Made by a program: the position numbers and the translations under genes
The notes under the pieces: model-generated
What the model was told of the DNA's origin: nothing
Database searches by the model: none
The model's input: the letters and a program-made list of their open reading frames with translations, nothing else
Assembly: GCA_963711835.1 (NCBI GenBank)
Contig: CAVQFQ010000017.1
Location: 672,001 to 736,000 of the forward strand
Origin: an uncultured delta proteobacterium
GTDB taxonomy: Bacteria; Desulfobacterota; RBG-13-43-22
Direction of reading: 5' to 3'
Length of the DNA stretch: 64,000 nucleotides
Part shown: positions 1-10,342 of the stretch, in pieces
Layout: every line of letters begins with the position of its first letter
Position numbering within the stretch: the stretch's first letter is position 1

Positions 1-2414
1 GACCAAGGATCCCGATTCGGTCCGGCTGCATTTTGCCCTGGCCTTTCCTGACCTATATGAAATCGGCATGTCCTATCTGGGCACCAAGATCCTTTACCAT
101 ATCCTTAACCTGCGGCCGGAGGTCTGGGCCGAACGGGTCTTTGCCCCGGCCCCGGACATGGCCCAGGTGATGAAAGACCAGGCCATCCCGTCTGCCTTCC
201 CTGGAATCAGGTTTGGCCCTCAATCGGTTCGACATTGTCGGTTTCAGCCTGCCTTATGAATTGGATTACACCAATGTGCTCTCGATGCTTTCTCTGGGAG
301 GCATCCCACTCTGGGCCCGGGAACGAACCGATGGGCATCCCCTGATCATAGCCGGAGGCCCCTGCGCCTTCAATCCTGAGCCGATGGCCGGTTTTTTCGA
401 CGCCGTCATCCCGGGTGACGGCGAAGAGGTGGTCCAGGAAATCTGTGACACCTGGTTAAAATGGAAAGAACGCTCGGGCCCCAAAATGGAGCTGCTCCAA
501 TCCCTGGCCCGACTGGCCGGGGTCTATGTCCCGAGAATCCATTCCGAGGGAGCAAGTAGCCCCCATACCCGGCCGAAAATAACCCGGCGGATCATAGCGG
601 ATATCAATCGGGCCGAATATCCGACCCTTTCTCCCTTGCCTTTCCAACAGGTGATCCATAACCGCCTTAGTGTGGAAATTACCCGGGGCTGCACCCGGGG
701 CTGCCGTTTTTGCCAGGCCGGCATCATCTATCGGCCGGTTCGGGAAAGGGCCCCGGAGGCTGTTTTCCAAATTCTTGAAGAAGGCTTATCGCAAACCGGG
801 TATGAAGAAGCCACCCTGCTTTCTCTGAGCAGCGGCGATTATACCTGCCTGAACCGATTGCTGCCCGCTCTGATGGAACGCTGGGAGGATCGAAAGGTGG
901 CCTTTTCCCTGCCCTCCCTGCGGGTGGACACCCTGGGCCCGGAGGTCATGGAGCAGATCCTGCGGGTCCGGAAAACCGGTTTTACCATCGCCCCCGAAGC
1001 CGGGACCCAGCGCCTGCGGGATGTGATCAACAAAAATATTACCGAGGCGGAAATCCTGCAAACCGTGGAAACGGTGGCTTCCTTGGGCTGGCGGGTCCTG
1101 AAATTGTACTTTATGATCGGCCTGCCCACCGAGACCCGGGAAGATCTGGAGGGGCTTATCCATCTGGTAAAAAAAATCGAAAAAAGGGCCCGGAAGAAAA
1201 CCCCTAAATTTGAGATCCATGTCGGCTTGTCCACCTTCATTCCCAAGCCGCACACCCCTTTCCAATGGGCTTCTCAACTATCCATAGCCGAAAGCCTGGA
1301 CCGGCAGAGCTTCATCCGTTCTTCCCTGAGGAGCCGAAATATCCAGGTCAAATGGAATGATCCTTATCAGGGTTTTCTGGAAGGGGTCCTTTCCCGGGGC
1401 GATCAACGCATAGGGAAGGTCATTTTCCGGGCCTTTGAGAAAGGCTGCCGCTTCGACGCCTGGGGGGATTATTTCTCCTGGGACCTATGGCAGCGGTCTT
1501 TTGAAGAAGAAGGTCTGGATCCGGGCGACTATCTTCAGGCCGCCGGCCTGGACCGAACCTTTCCCTGGGATTATATTCAGACCGGCGTGGATCGAAGTTA
1601 TCTCTGGGAGGAATATCAACGGGGGTTGAAGGGGGAATTAACGGCCGATTGCCGGGATGGAGCCTGCAACCAATGCGGTCTCTGCCCCGAACTGGGGGCG
1701 GCCCCGGTAACGCATAAAGAATTCTCCAGGCCCCCCCAGCGTTCAGGAATTTTTTATCCGGAGGCCTCTTCAAAAAAGTTCCGCCTTCTGATGACCAAGA
1801 CCGGCCCAGCCCGCTTCCTAAGCCACCTGGAATGGAAAGAGGCGATCATCCGGGCCCTGCGCCGGGCCGGCCTGGCCTTGGCCTTCTCGCAGGGTTTTCA
1901 TCCCATGCCCCGGATTTCTTTCGGCCCGGCCCTGCCTTTGGGATTAAGCAGCCAGGGAGAATGGATGGATATGCAGTGCCTGGGGTGGTTAGGGGTGGAT
2001 GAGGTCAGGAAAAGATTGTCTTCGCCCCTGTTCCCGGGGACCGAGGTTTTAGAGGTTTCCGAGGTGGCCTTAAACCAATCCCTGCCCCTGAGACAGAACC
2101 CGCATTATCAGGTACTGATAGCAGCCTCAGACCTGGATCAGGAAAAGATCCCTGCGTTTTTGGCCTCGACTCAGTGGCCTGTGGAACGGCCCGGCAGGAA
2201 ACCGGAACGGATTGATCTCCGGCCTCTAATTAAAAAGATTTTCGTCCTTTCCCCGGCCGACGACCTGGTAACGGTCACCTGGGTCCTGGAAAATGACCCG
2301 GAAGGGAAGATCCGCCCTGAATTGATTTTGAAAAATGTCCTTCAGCTCCCGGATTTCCTTATTGCGCAGTTGGTGGTCACCAAGCTGTTGCCGTCTGCCG
2401 GTTCGGACGAATGA
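1..2414 (+). CDS. B12-binding radical SAM protein (TIGR03960-like) with C-terminal radical-SAM-linked domain; 5' end outside window; apparent +1 frameshift near 191
   Basis: Frame from base 2 reads FALAFPDLYEIGMSYLG...ERVFAP, then switches to ORF 213..2414 with GFSLPYEL, RGCTRGCRFC (CxxxCxxC) and RFLSHLE...FSQGFHPMPRISFGPALPLG. Confidence 0.88.
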
Positions 2415-2472
2415 TCCTTCGAAAAAAACCTTTCCCCCGGTTAGGCCGGTACAGGGGGGAAAAGGTCTGCTT

Positions 2473-3616
2473 TCAGCTCTTCTCGGGCTTCTCGCCGATC
2501 CGGTCTAAAAACCCTTTCCGGCGCTCGCTTTCCCACTGGGAGCAGAAGGCCGGTTTTCCGCCGATGACCCGTTTCAGGCACAGGGAGCAGGCAGACTCGC
2601 AGGAAACAATCTCTTCCTTCAGGAGACCCTGGGCCTTTTTCGGCCAAAGGGGATCGGCCAGAAGCACCCGAGCCAGGCCGATCAGGTCGGCTGATCCGGC
2701 GGCCAGGAGGCCTTCGGCGGTTTCCGGGGACTGAATCCTGCCGGCCGTGATTATCGGTGTTTTGGGAACCGCCTTTTTTATGGCAGCGGCAAAATGGGCC
2801 ATGTAACCTTCCTTCTTTTCCTCCTTTAAATAGTCGGGCAGAAACAAGAGAGTCATAGGTGCCGGCCATAACGGAAAGATAGGCCACCCCCCGTTTCTCC
2901 AGTTCACGGGCATACACCGCGGTCTCCTCCAGATGCAGTCCGTCCGGCAGCCATTCATCGGCCAGAAAGCGGTAGCCTACCGGATAATCCGATCCCACAG
3001 CCTCCATGACCGCCTCGACCACCTGGAGGGGGAAACGCATCCTGTTTTCAAGGCTGCCGCCATAGGCGTCGGTTCGTTGGTTGGTTCGGGAAGAAAGAAA
3101 CTGGACCAGCAGATAACCCATCCCGCCATGAATTTCCACCCCGTCGAAGCCGGCTTCCTTGACCCTCCGGGCGGCGGCGGCATAGGCCTGAACGACCCGA
3201 TCGATATCGGCCCGGTCCATTTCCTTGGGAACAACCCCATAGGTTTCCATAGGGGAAGGGGCGATCTTTTCCTTTAACGTAGGCATAACGCTACCGGCAT
3301 GGTTGATCTGGAGAAAGGCCAGGGCGCCTTGCTGGTGGATGGTTTTGGCCAGACCGGTCAGGCCAAAGAGAAACCGCTCCTCATCAATCCGCATGGTAAA
3401 GGGTGACCCGATTCCATTTGGCTCAATGCCCACGTTCTCCACTACGATCATGGCCGCCCCGGAAGCGGCCATCTCCTGGTAATGATCCAGGATCAAAGCA
3501 TTGGTCGTCCCGTCCGGGTTGGCATAACCCAGAAACAACGGGGCCATGGTAATCCGGTTTTTCAGATTCAGCCCCTTCATTTGAAAAGGCGTAAAAAGCC
3601 GCGGCAATTTGGCCAT
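2473..3616 (-). CDS. NADH:flavin oxidoreductase (Old Yellow Enzyme family); apparent +1 frameshift near 2848
   Basis: LKNRITMAP, AGFDGVEIHGGMGYLLVQFLS, NQRTDAYGGSLENRMRF in ORF 2441..3637; C-terminal half (ADLIGLARVLLADP, CESACSLC) in ORF 2473..2958; AAGGAGG RBS before ATG 3616. Confidence 0.88.
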
Positions 3617-3847
3617 GAGATCCTCCTTAGATAACAATCGGTGGCATATTTTTTAGTTTAATTTAGGTTGATTTCCTTAAATTTAAATCCGATTTTTCGT
3701 CAGGTCAATAGGGATAAGGAATTAGGCTGGAGTATTCCAGGATGACCGCCTCTCAGAAAGGGTGCGTTACGACCCCGAGGACTTAGTGGGTTATCTCTTC
3801 TATGCATCAATCAGGGCATAGGCATTGCGAATCACAATGGCCCGCCC

Positions 3848-3886
3848 AAAAAGCCCTGTGGGATTGAAACCCGGAGGGCTTTTTTT
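3848..3886. terminator. Probable bidirectional intrinsic terminator downstream of the MaoC gene
   Basis: AAAAAGCCCT...AGGGCTTTTTT inverted repeat flanked by A and T tracts. Confidence 0.55.
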
Positions 3887-4008
3887 ATCTTGGGGGTGGT
3901 CAGGGTATTGCAAGTTAAAGGAAATAATATTTCTTTAAAGAGTTAGACTCAAAACGGGTGGGGGGTGGCCATGTTTTCGCCGGCCCATGGCACCTGTTCG
4001 GTGAACTT

Positions 4009-4845
4009 TCAGAGCGAAATAACGGCATAAGCATTGCGAATGACAATGGCCCGCTCGGTCCGGACCTGGATGAGGTATCGTCCTTCCTGGGTCGGCCAGC
4101 CTTCGGTAGTCAGGGTCTCGCCCGGGTAAACCACATCGGAGAAACGGGCCTTGAACTCCTTGAAGCGGGTCACCTCCCCGCCGCAAAGTCCGTTGACGAT
4201 GGCTCGGGTGGCATAGCCGTAGGTGCAGAGACCGTGCAGGATGGGTTTTTGGAAGCCTCCCTGTTTGGCATACTCCGGGTCCAGATGCAGTGGATTCAGG
4301 TCTCCGCTGAGCCGGTAGAGGGCCGCCTGGTTCTCGGGAACTTTATAGGAGACACGGAAACTGGGCTCAACCCCATCGGGAGGGTTTAAAGGCTCTGTTT
4401 TAGGGCCTGGGTCCCCTCCGAAGCCCCCGCCTCCCAGGTGAAAGGCAATGTGTTCACTATCGAAGAGAAGCCGGCCGTCTTCCGTATGGCCTTGCGATTC
4501 AAAACGGATGACCGCGGCCTTGCCCTTGTCGAAGACCTCGGCCACCCGGCCGGTCGCAACGATCTTTCCCTGAGGGGGAAGGGGCTGATGAAGGCGGATC
4601 CTCTGCTCTCCGTGCAGAAACCGGGAGCCTTCAATCTGTTTAACGAAATCCAGGATCAGGCCGCCGGCGGCGACCGCCGCGAAGCTGGGGAAGACCCTTA
4701 GCCCTCCCGGGGTGTTCTCGTAAAGGAAGGGAAGCTCATCAACCTGGGCGCCGATGCCCAAGGCATACAGAGCCGCATCTTTCCAGGTATAAGAAAAAAC
4801 ATGCCTCCTCCATTCCCTCCCTACCGTTTTCCAGTTAAATTCCAT
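4009..4845 (-). CDS. MaoC-family double hot-dog (R)-enoyl-CoA hydratase 2-like protein
   Basis: YALGIGA, LHGEQ and hydratase-2 motif YRLSGDLNPLHLDP...ILHGLCTYG. Confidence 0.88.
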   Translation of the reverse strand: MEFNWKTVGREWRRHVFSYTWKDAALYALGIGAQVDELPFLYENTPGGLRVFPSFAAVAAGGLILDFVKQIEGSRFLHGEQRIRLHQPLPPQGKIVATGRVAEVFDKGKAAVIRFESQGHTEDGRLLFDSEHIAFHLGGGGFGGDPGPKTEPLNPPDGVEPSFRVSYKVPENQAALYRLSGDLNPLHLDPEYAKQGGFQKPILHGLCTYGYATRAIVNGLCGGEVTRFKEFKARFSDVVYPGETLTTEGWPTQEGRYLIQVRTERAIVIRNAYAVISL

Positions 4846-4898
4846 CGGCTTCAACTCCTCTCTAAGAAAAAGAAAAGGGGGGTTTGCTGCCTCACCCG

Positions 4899-5898
4899 TC
4901 AACAGACCTGCGCCTTCATCAGACGGCCGGCCCCGCTGATCGAAAGGCCATCCGACCGATCCTTGAAGTAACGCCGGTTGGCTTCCTGCGGACCGACATC
5001 CTCAACCAGCCCGAATCCCATTTGCCGGAGCTCGGCGGCGAAGGAAGAAGGATCGAAGTAGGTGATCCACGGTTCTCCGAGCGCTGCGGCCCGATTGGCG
5101 ACCATTTCGTGGGCGGATCGCGGGCTTTCCGGAAGCAGGGAGGGCGGAGCACAGTAGTCGAAGACGATTTCGCTGCCGGAAGGCAGCGAGGCGACGAATT
5201 TGAGTGTTCCCAACACGGCCGATTTCGTCAGATACATAACGACCCCGAGCATCGAGAAGAAGGCGGGCTCTTCCTTATTGAAACCGGCGCTTCCTAATCC
5301 TTCGCCCAGGGTTTGTTTCTCAAAGTCGATGGGTGCATAGGCCACCGAATCCGGGATCGGCAATCTCGGCTTGGTGAAGCTGCCGGCGTTTCCAGGATTG
5401 GGTCGCCGGATGATCCACCTCATAGACGCGGAGACGAGACACGGGATAGGGGTTGCGATAGGGGAAGGTGTCCAGACCGGCGCCCAGGATCACGTATTGA
5501 CGGACTCCTCTCTGAACCGCCCGGGCCAGTTCATCCTCGGCATACCGGCTCCTGAGCACGATCAGTGCCCGCAGCGCCCGGCTGGCACCATACCGCTCAG
5601 GATAAGATCGCAGGGCCGACTCTCTTTCCGAACCCAGTATCCGTAAGGCAATCGGATCTTCGAGGACCCGGGGTTGGTCCAGAACTTGATGGGCAGCTCG
5701 GAGAAAGGCCGCCCCCAGCGCAGTGGCGCTTGGACGACCATCGTCCATCCGGCTTCCCCGGGCCTTGTCCCCAGGAACCTCCATAGAAGAAACTTGGCTG
5801 AAGGCCGGCTTCGGATAAACCAGTCCCGAAAAGAGCCCAGCCGCAAATACGGTTTGCAGAAAATCACGTCGAGAGATCCTAAATGGTTCCATAGGCAT
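4899..5898 (-). CDS. Class I SAM-dependent methyltransferase (leucine carboxyl methyltransferase/TIGR00027-like) with N-terminal twin-arginine-like extension; apparent +1 frameshift near 5360
   Basis: PSATALGAAFLRAAH, QYVILGAGLDT, YEVDHPATQSWK (ORF 5320..5898) continuing as IPDSVAYAPIDFE...LGVVMYL...VFDY (ORF 4899..5423). Confidence 0.85.
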
Positions 5899-6018
5899 TT
5901 TGTCTATTTTATTCCCTATACCGAAAAAAGTTTCTTCCTTCTGTCATCCGGACCATAATACAATTTATAGTTCCGGGACCATCTAAGCGGGCTTTCCGAG
6001 CTATGGTGTGGTCTTACT

Positions 6019-7404
6019 CTATTTTGCTTTCTCAGTAAAGTTTTCTCTTCTGAAATAAAAATACATTAAAACCCCTGCACCGATTGTGACCAGGCCCCAA
6101 AGGGAGGTGAGGGGCCGGTTCTGTATTGAAAAGTAAGCTATCCACAGATTGCCGACAATGAAAATGATCGGCGTGACCGGATAGCCAAATGTCTGGTAAG
6201 GAGACTTCAGGGCATTTTGCTTAAGCCTGAGCATTAGTAAACCAAGGACGGTCAGCAGGGTAAAGATGGACAGTGTAAAACCGATATAAATCAGCAGTTT
6301 TTCAAAAGATGAGGTCAGGATAAATAGAATGGCAATCGTCGCCTGTAAGAATATAGAAAAAGCCGGCGTTTTGTATTTTTGATTGACCCGTCCGAAAAGC
6401 TCGAAAAAGACGCCATCTTTGGACATGGCGTAATAAACCCGTGGTCCGGTCAGGATCATCGCGCTGAGCGCCGATAAAATGCCTATGGCAATGGCGCCGC
6501 CGAAGTATTTCCCGATATGTTTCCCAAAGAGAGAAGAGGCCGACGTTGAGCCGATTTCCAGGACACCGCTCATCCGACCGACCGGAAGAGCATAAATGTA
6601 TACGGCATTGAGGAGCAGGTATAATATTATAACCAACACAGTGCCTGTGAACAGGGCGAAGGGAATATTCCTGGAGGGTTCTTTAATTTCACTGCCGAGA
6701 TAAGCCGCGGCATTCCAACCGCTATAAGCGAAAGAGATAAAAATGAGGGAGACCGCAAATTTACTTTGGAAAAGGGTCGCCAGCGGTAAGTCAGCGGAGA
6801 AATGAGATAAGGAGCCGGTCCCGAGAAGAAAACCGCCGGTAATGAAAAGAACAATGATCACTATTTTTAACGAGGTCAGTGTATTTTGAACCCGGCTACC
6901 TACCGTGATACTGTGATAATGAATTAACGAAAGGACGACGATGGAGGCGATGGCTACTAGAGTGACCGGGGAAACGGTCAAAATCGCGATGTCGGAAATC
7001 GTAAGGCTAAATTGGGGCTGGGCAGGAAGGGCAAGGAGGCTCTTGCTGTAGGTCGCAAAGGCAATAGCCGTTGCGGCAATGGGGGCGGAAAAACCTACCA
7101 ATAGAGAAATCCAGCCGGAAAGGAAGGCGACCAACTTACCAAAGCTCTCCCGCAAATAGACATATTCTCCCCCTGCTTCAGGGAAAGCGGCCCCCAGTTC
7201 TCCATAACAGAGTGCGCCGCAGAGGGCGAAAATTCCTCCAATCAACCAGCAGAGCAGCAAAACCATCGGATGCCCTACTTCTTGAATAATAAAGCCCGAG
7301 GTTGTGAAAATACCCGTCCCGATCATGTTGGCCACGACCAGAACTGTGGCAGTGAACAGGCCGATTTCTCGTTTGAGAGGCTGCTCATTCAGGTGATTTT
7401 TCAT
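6019..7404 (-). CDS. APC-family amino acid permease
   Basis: MIGTGIF, ELGAAFPEAGGEYVYLRESFG, FAYSGWN, many hydrophobic helices. Confidence 0.9.
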   Translation of the reverse strand: MKNHLNEQPLKREIGLFTATVLVVANMIGTGIFTTSGFIIQEVGHPMVLLLCWLIGGIFALCGALCYGELGAAFPEAGGEYVYLRESFGKLVAFLSGWISLLVGFSAPIAATAIAFATYSKSLLALPAQPQFSLTISDIAILTVSPVTLVAIASIVVLSLIHYHSITVGSRVQNTLTSLKIVIIVLFITGGFLLGTGSLSHFSADLPLATLFQSKFAVSLIFISFAYSGWNAAAYLGSEIKEPSRNIPFALFTGTVLVIILYLLLNAVYIYALPVGRMSGVLEIGSTSASSLFGKHIGKYFGGAIAIGILSALSAMILTGPRVYYAMSKDGVFFELFGRVNQKYKTPAFSIFLQATIAILFILTSSFEKLLIYIGFTLSIFTLLTVLGLLMLRLKQNALKSPYQTFGYPVTPIIFIVGNLWIAYFSIQNRPLTSLWGLVTIGAGVLMYFYFRRENFTEKAK

Positions 7405-7563
7405 TATGAATTCTCTTCTCAGCAGGAATAGTTTCCCCGGGCGCCATGCGGAAGGGCAGCGCAAACGACTCCAAACTACGGACGCCGGCGACCGGGCACC
7501 GGGAGCGCCTTAATGGGGACCGAGAACGTTCAGGCAAGTTCGAGAAAAAAGAAGTACCCTATT

Positions 7564-7950
7564 CTACTTGGCCTGCAAACCCCGGCGTTGCTTTCCTTGG
7601 GTATGCAGTTGGTCAAGCCTGGACTGCTGTTCCGGCGTTAATCCGCCCTTCATCTTAACCACCCCTTGCGCGATAAGGATGTCGGCTTCAGGCCCATACC
7701 TTTTTCTTAGTTCCTTCAGGCCGGCCTGGGTTTCCTTAACGATGGCTTCAATCTCCCGCTGCTGCCCGGTATTCAGGCTCAATTCCCTGGTAAGCGTTTC
7801 CATAATCATTTTTCTGACGGCAGAGGGATAATCTCCCTGACGAAGGCTTTCGTAACGGTGCTTGTCATAGAGGCCGGTGATGGCAGCGCCGATCACCAGC
7901 CCGCCCAGGAAAATAAGAGACAAGGCACTGACTATCTTCCACTTCTTCAA
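7564..7950 (-). CDS. Exported/membrane-anchored helical protein (Spy/CpxP/heavy-metal-sensor-like)
   Basis: N-terminal hydrophobic helix, LSLNTGQQ and LTPEQQ motifs; third gene of ECF operon. Confidence 0.6.
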   Translation of the reverse strand: MKKWKIVSALSLIFLGGLVIGAAITGLYDKHRYESLRQGDYPSAVRKMIMETLTRELSLNTGQQREIEAIVKETQAGLKELRKRYGPEADILIAQGVVKMKGGLTPEQQSRLDQLHTQGKQRRGLQAK

Positions 7951-8288
7951 ACCCTACCTCCTTCCCCGGGGGCCGATCCAAACTGACCGGAGGTCAGTCC
8001 GGGCGGATCGCCGATAAGTAATTGGACCCAATTTTGCTCCGGGGTTAGGCCTAACCCCGCTGCCAACAGAGCCAGGATAATGGCCAGCAGGCAGGTGGCC
8101 GAAGCAAACCGCCAGACCAACCGGTCGGCAAAGAAGCTTTCTTGATAAGCCTTTTCAGTCTTAAGTCCTCTTATTTTCTTCATCACCTCGGCCGGCCAGC
8201 CGGGTATTATGCTATCCTGCCGTTTGCCCAGGTAGGCACTTCTCAATATTTCCCAGTGGGTTTCATCCAACCTCTTCCTCGATTTCAT
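7947..8288 (-). CDS. Putative membrane-bound anti-sigma factor
   Basis: Small single-TM protein directly downstream of the ECF sigma gene. Confidence 0.6.
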   Translation of the reverse strand: MKSRKRLDETHWEILRSAYLGKRQDSIIPGWPAEVMKKIRGLKTEKAYQESFFADRLVWRFASATCLLAIILALLAAGLGLTPEQNWVQLLIGDPPGLTSGQFGSAPGEGGRV

Positions 8289-8888
8289 CTATCCCCCTTT
8301 TACCTTAAACAATCCTTCCAGGCGCCGGCGCAATTTGGCCTTGGCCCGAAAGGCCCGCACCTTGACCTTTATCGCCTTCCAGCCCAAGAGATGGGCCGCC
8401 TCTTTTACAGACAGCCCCTCGAGATAGACCAGATTAATCACCATCCTATCATCTGCCGAAAGCCCGTCCAGGGCCCAATCGAGCAGTTCCCTGGCTTCCT
8501 GCCGCGACTGGACCTGTTTAAATTCCTCATCAGCTCGATCCGAAAGCGCCCGATTGAACCAAGACACATGCTCATCGCTCAAAGCACTTACGGCCGTCTC
8601 TCGACTCCGGTATTCCTTTCTCCAGTAATCGGAACAGCATCTGACCGCAATCCCCGTCAGCCAAGAGCCGAATGGTTTTCTGCCTTCATAGCCCGGCAAG
8701 GCTATATAGGCCCGGACGAATATCTCCCCGGCCAGCTCGGAGGCCATCGCCCGCGGCACATGACCGCCAACGATCTTGAATACCAGGGCCTGGTATCTTT
8801 TGATCAGGATCTCGAAAACGTCTACCTGGCCTTCCAACACCTGCCGGATGATCTGGCTGTCGGTCAGGTCCTCAATTTGGTTGGGCAT
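8289..8888 (-). CDS. ECF RNA polymerase sigma factor
   Basis: FEILIKRYQ, FGSWLTGIAVR (region 2), EGLSVKEAAHLLG...VKVRAFRAK (region 4). Confidence 0.9.
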   Translation of the reverse strand: MPNQIEDLTDSQIIRQVLEGQVDVFEILIKRYQALVFKIVGGHVPRAMASELAGEIFVRAYIALPGYEGRKPFGSWLTGIAVRCCSDYWRKEYRSRETAVSALSDEHVSWFNRALSDRADEEFKQVQSRQEARELLDWALDGLSADDRMVINLVYLEGLSVKEAAHLLGWKAIKVKVRAFRAKAKLRRRLEGLFKVKGG

Positions 8889-9025
8889 GCAGAATTCGAT
8901 TCATGTTTTCCGTACTCTCCGGCGCTACAACCTAAAGCGGGTCGTTGATTCTTGAATAATACCACGATTCCGTGATTCCGGGGTTCTCTAAGGTTCAGGT
9001 CTGCCCCTTACCTTCCCTGACTATA

Positions 9026-9053
9026 TAGTCGTTGGAGGTGAGGAAAAGGTTAC
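9026..9053 (-). promoter_or_regulatory. Probable ECF-type autoregulatory promoter
   Basis: Minus strand GTAACC-N16-CGACTA about 140 bp upstream of the ECF sigma gene. Confidence 0.6.
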
Positions 9054-9117
9054 AAAAAAATTATGAACTGGTATAGTAGGATGCCCGAAAAATAGAACGA
9101 TTAAAAAAGGATCGGCA

Positions 9118-10266
9118 ATGCCAATGGATGGCCAGATATTTTCTTATCAATGGATCGAGACCTTTCCGCGATTGGAAGAGGCGGCCCGGGTTCTGGAGCA
9201 GGCCAAAATCATCGGGGTCGACCTGGAAGCGGACTCCATGTACCACTACTTTGAAAAAGTATGCCTCCTGCAGGTCGCCACGGAATCCGCCACGTATGTT
9301 CTGGACCCCCTGGCGCTGAGGGATCTTTCCGCTTTACAGCCCGTTTTTTCCAATCCCCGCATCCGCAAGGTATTCCACGGAGCGGATTATGATATCCGCT
9401 CCCTGTACCGGGACTTTCGTCTCGAGATCGTAAACCTCTTCGATACGCAGTTGGCCGGTAAATTTCTGGGCCTCCAGGAGACCGGGCTGGAAGCATTACT
9501 GCGAAACCGGTTTCAGGTGGCGCTGAATAAAAAATTTCAGCGGGCCGATTGGTCCCGCAGACCCCTTTCCGCGGAAATGGTGGAATACGCAGCGATGGAC
9601 AGCAGGTACCTGATTCCCCTGGCCCGTATGCTGGAAAAGGAACTGGAAGAGAAGGGCCGGTTATCCTGGGTGGAGGAAGAATGCCTATCCATGACTGAGG
9701 TCCGTTTCATACCCCCCAACCGGGGTCCGCTTTACCTGAGAGTGAAAGGGGCTTCCCGCCTGGATCCCAGGAGCCTGGCAGTTCTGGAGACTTTGCTGGA
9801 ATTCCGGGAAGCCAAGGCGCAAAAGTCAGATCTTCCTCCCTTCAAGGTGCTCGGCAACGAACCCCTCCTGGAGCTGGCCGTGAAAAAACCTTTGGACCTG
9901 AAAGAACTGGAAACGGGGAAAGCCCTGAGCCGGAAGCAAATCGACAGATACGGGGCTTATCTGGTGCGGGAGATTCAACGGGCCATGGACATCCCCGATA
10001 AAGATCTCCCGGTGCACCGCCGGGTAGCAAAGCCGGGTCTTTCATCGCCCGTGCGCAACAGGGTCAAAGCCTTAAAAGAATGGCGGGATCGGCAGGCGGA
10101 AAATTTAGGTCTGGAACCTGGAGTCCTTATAAATAACAACCTGATCAATGCCCTGGCTTTGCAAAATCCCTGCTCGATAAAAAAGATGGAAGAGATTTCA
10201 GGGCTGAAAAAATGGCTGCGAGATCATTTCGGCCTAGAGATTCTGGCTGCTCAAACAAGCGATTAA
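9118..10266 (+). CDS. rnd: Ribonuclease D
   Basis: DEDDy motifs VDLEAD, HGADYD, DWSRRPLS...YAAMD plus C-terminal HRDC domains. Confidence 0.88.
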   Translation: MPMDGQIFSYQWIETFPRLEEAARVLEQAKIIGVDLEADSMYHYFEKVCLLQVATESATYVLDPLALRDLSALQPVFSNPRIRKVFHGADYDIRSLYRDFRLEIVNLFDTQLAGKFLGLQETGLEALLRNRFQVALNKKFQRADWSRRPLSAEMVEYAAMDSRYLIPLARMLEKELEEKGRLSWVEEECLSMTEVRFIPPNRGPLYLRVKGASRLDPRSLAVLETLLEFREAKAQKSDLPPFKVLGNEPLLELAVKKPLDLKELETGKALSRKQIDRYGAYLVREIQRAMDIPDKDLPVHRRVAKPGLSSPVRNRVKALKEWRDRQAENLGLEPGVLINNNLINALALQNPCSIKKMEEISGLKKWLRDHFGLEILAAQTSD

Positions 10267-10342
10267 GTGTGGAGGGCAGGGCAGGGGGCCAGGTTTTTCG
10301 AATAACATCCGGGAAGTCTTTAGGCGGGCCGGCACCAGTCCT

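Noticed and set aside
3846-3870. CRISPR-repeat-like ending GGGATTGAAAC
   Set aside because: Single copy inside a terminator hairpin; no spacers and no cas genes in the window
7405-7563. Possible riboswitch upstream of the amino acid permease
   Set aside because: No recognisable lysine, glycine, SAM, cobalamin or T-box motifs on the coding strand
8142-8948. 268-aa plus-strand ORF, and similar long shadow ORFs (10484..11311, 30049..30819, 47149..47841, 50571..51476, 53079..53825)
   Set aside because: Antisense to well-supported genes with no recognisable motifs; expected in GC-rich coding DNA
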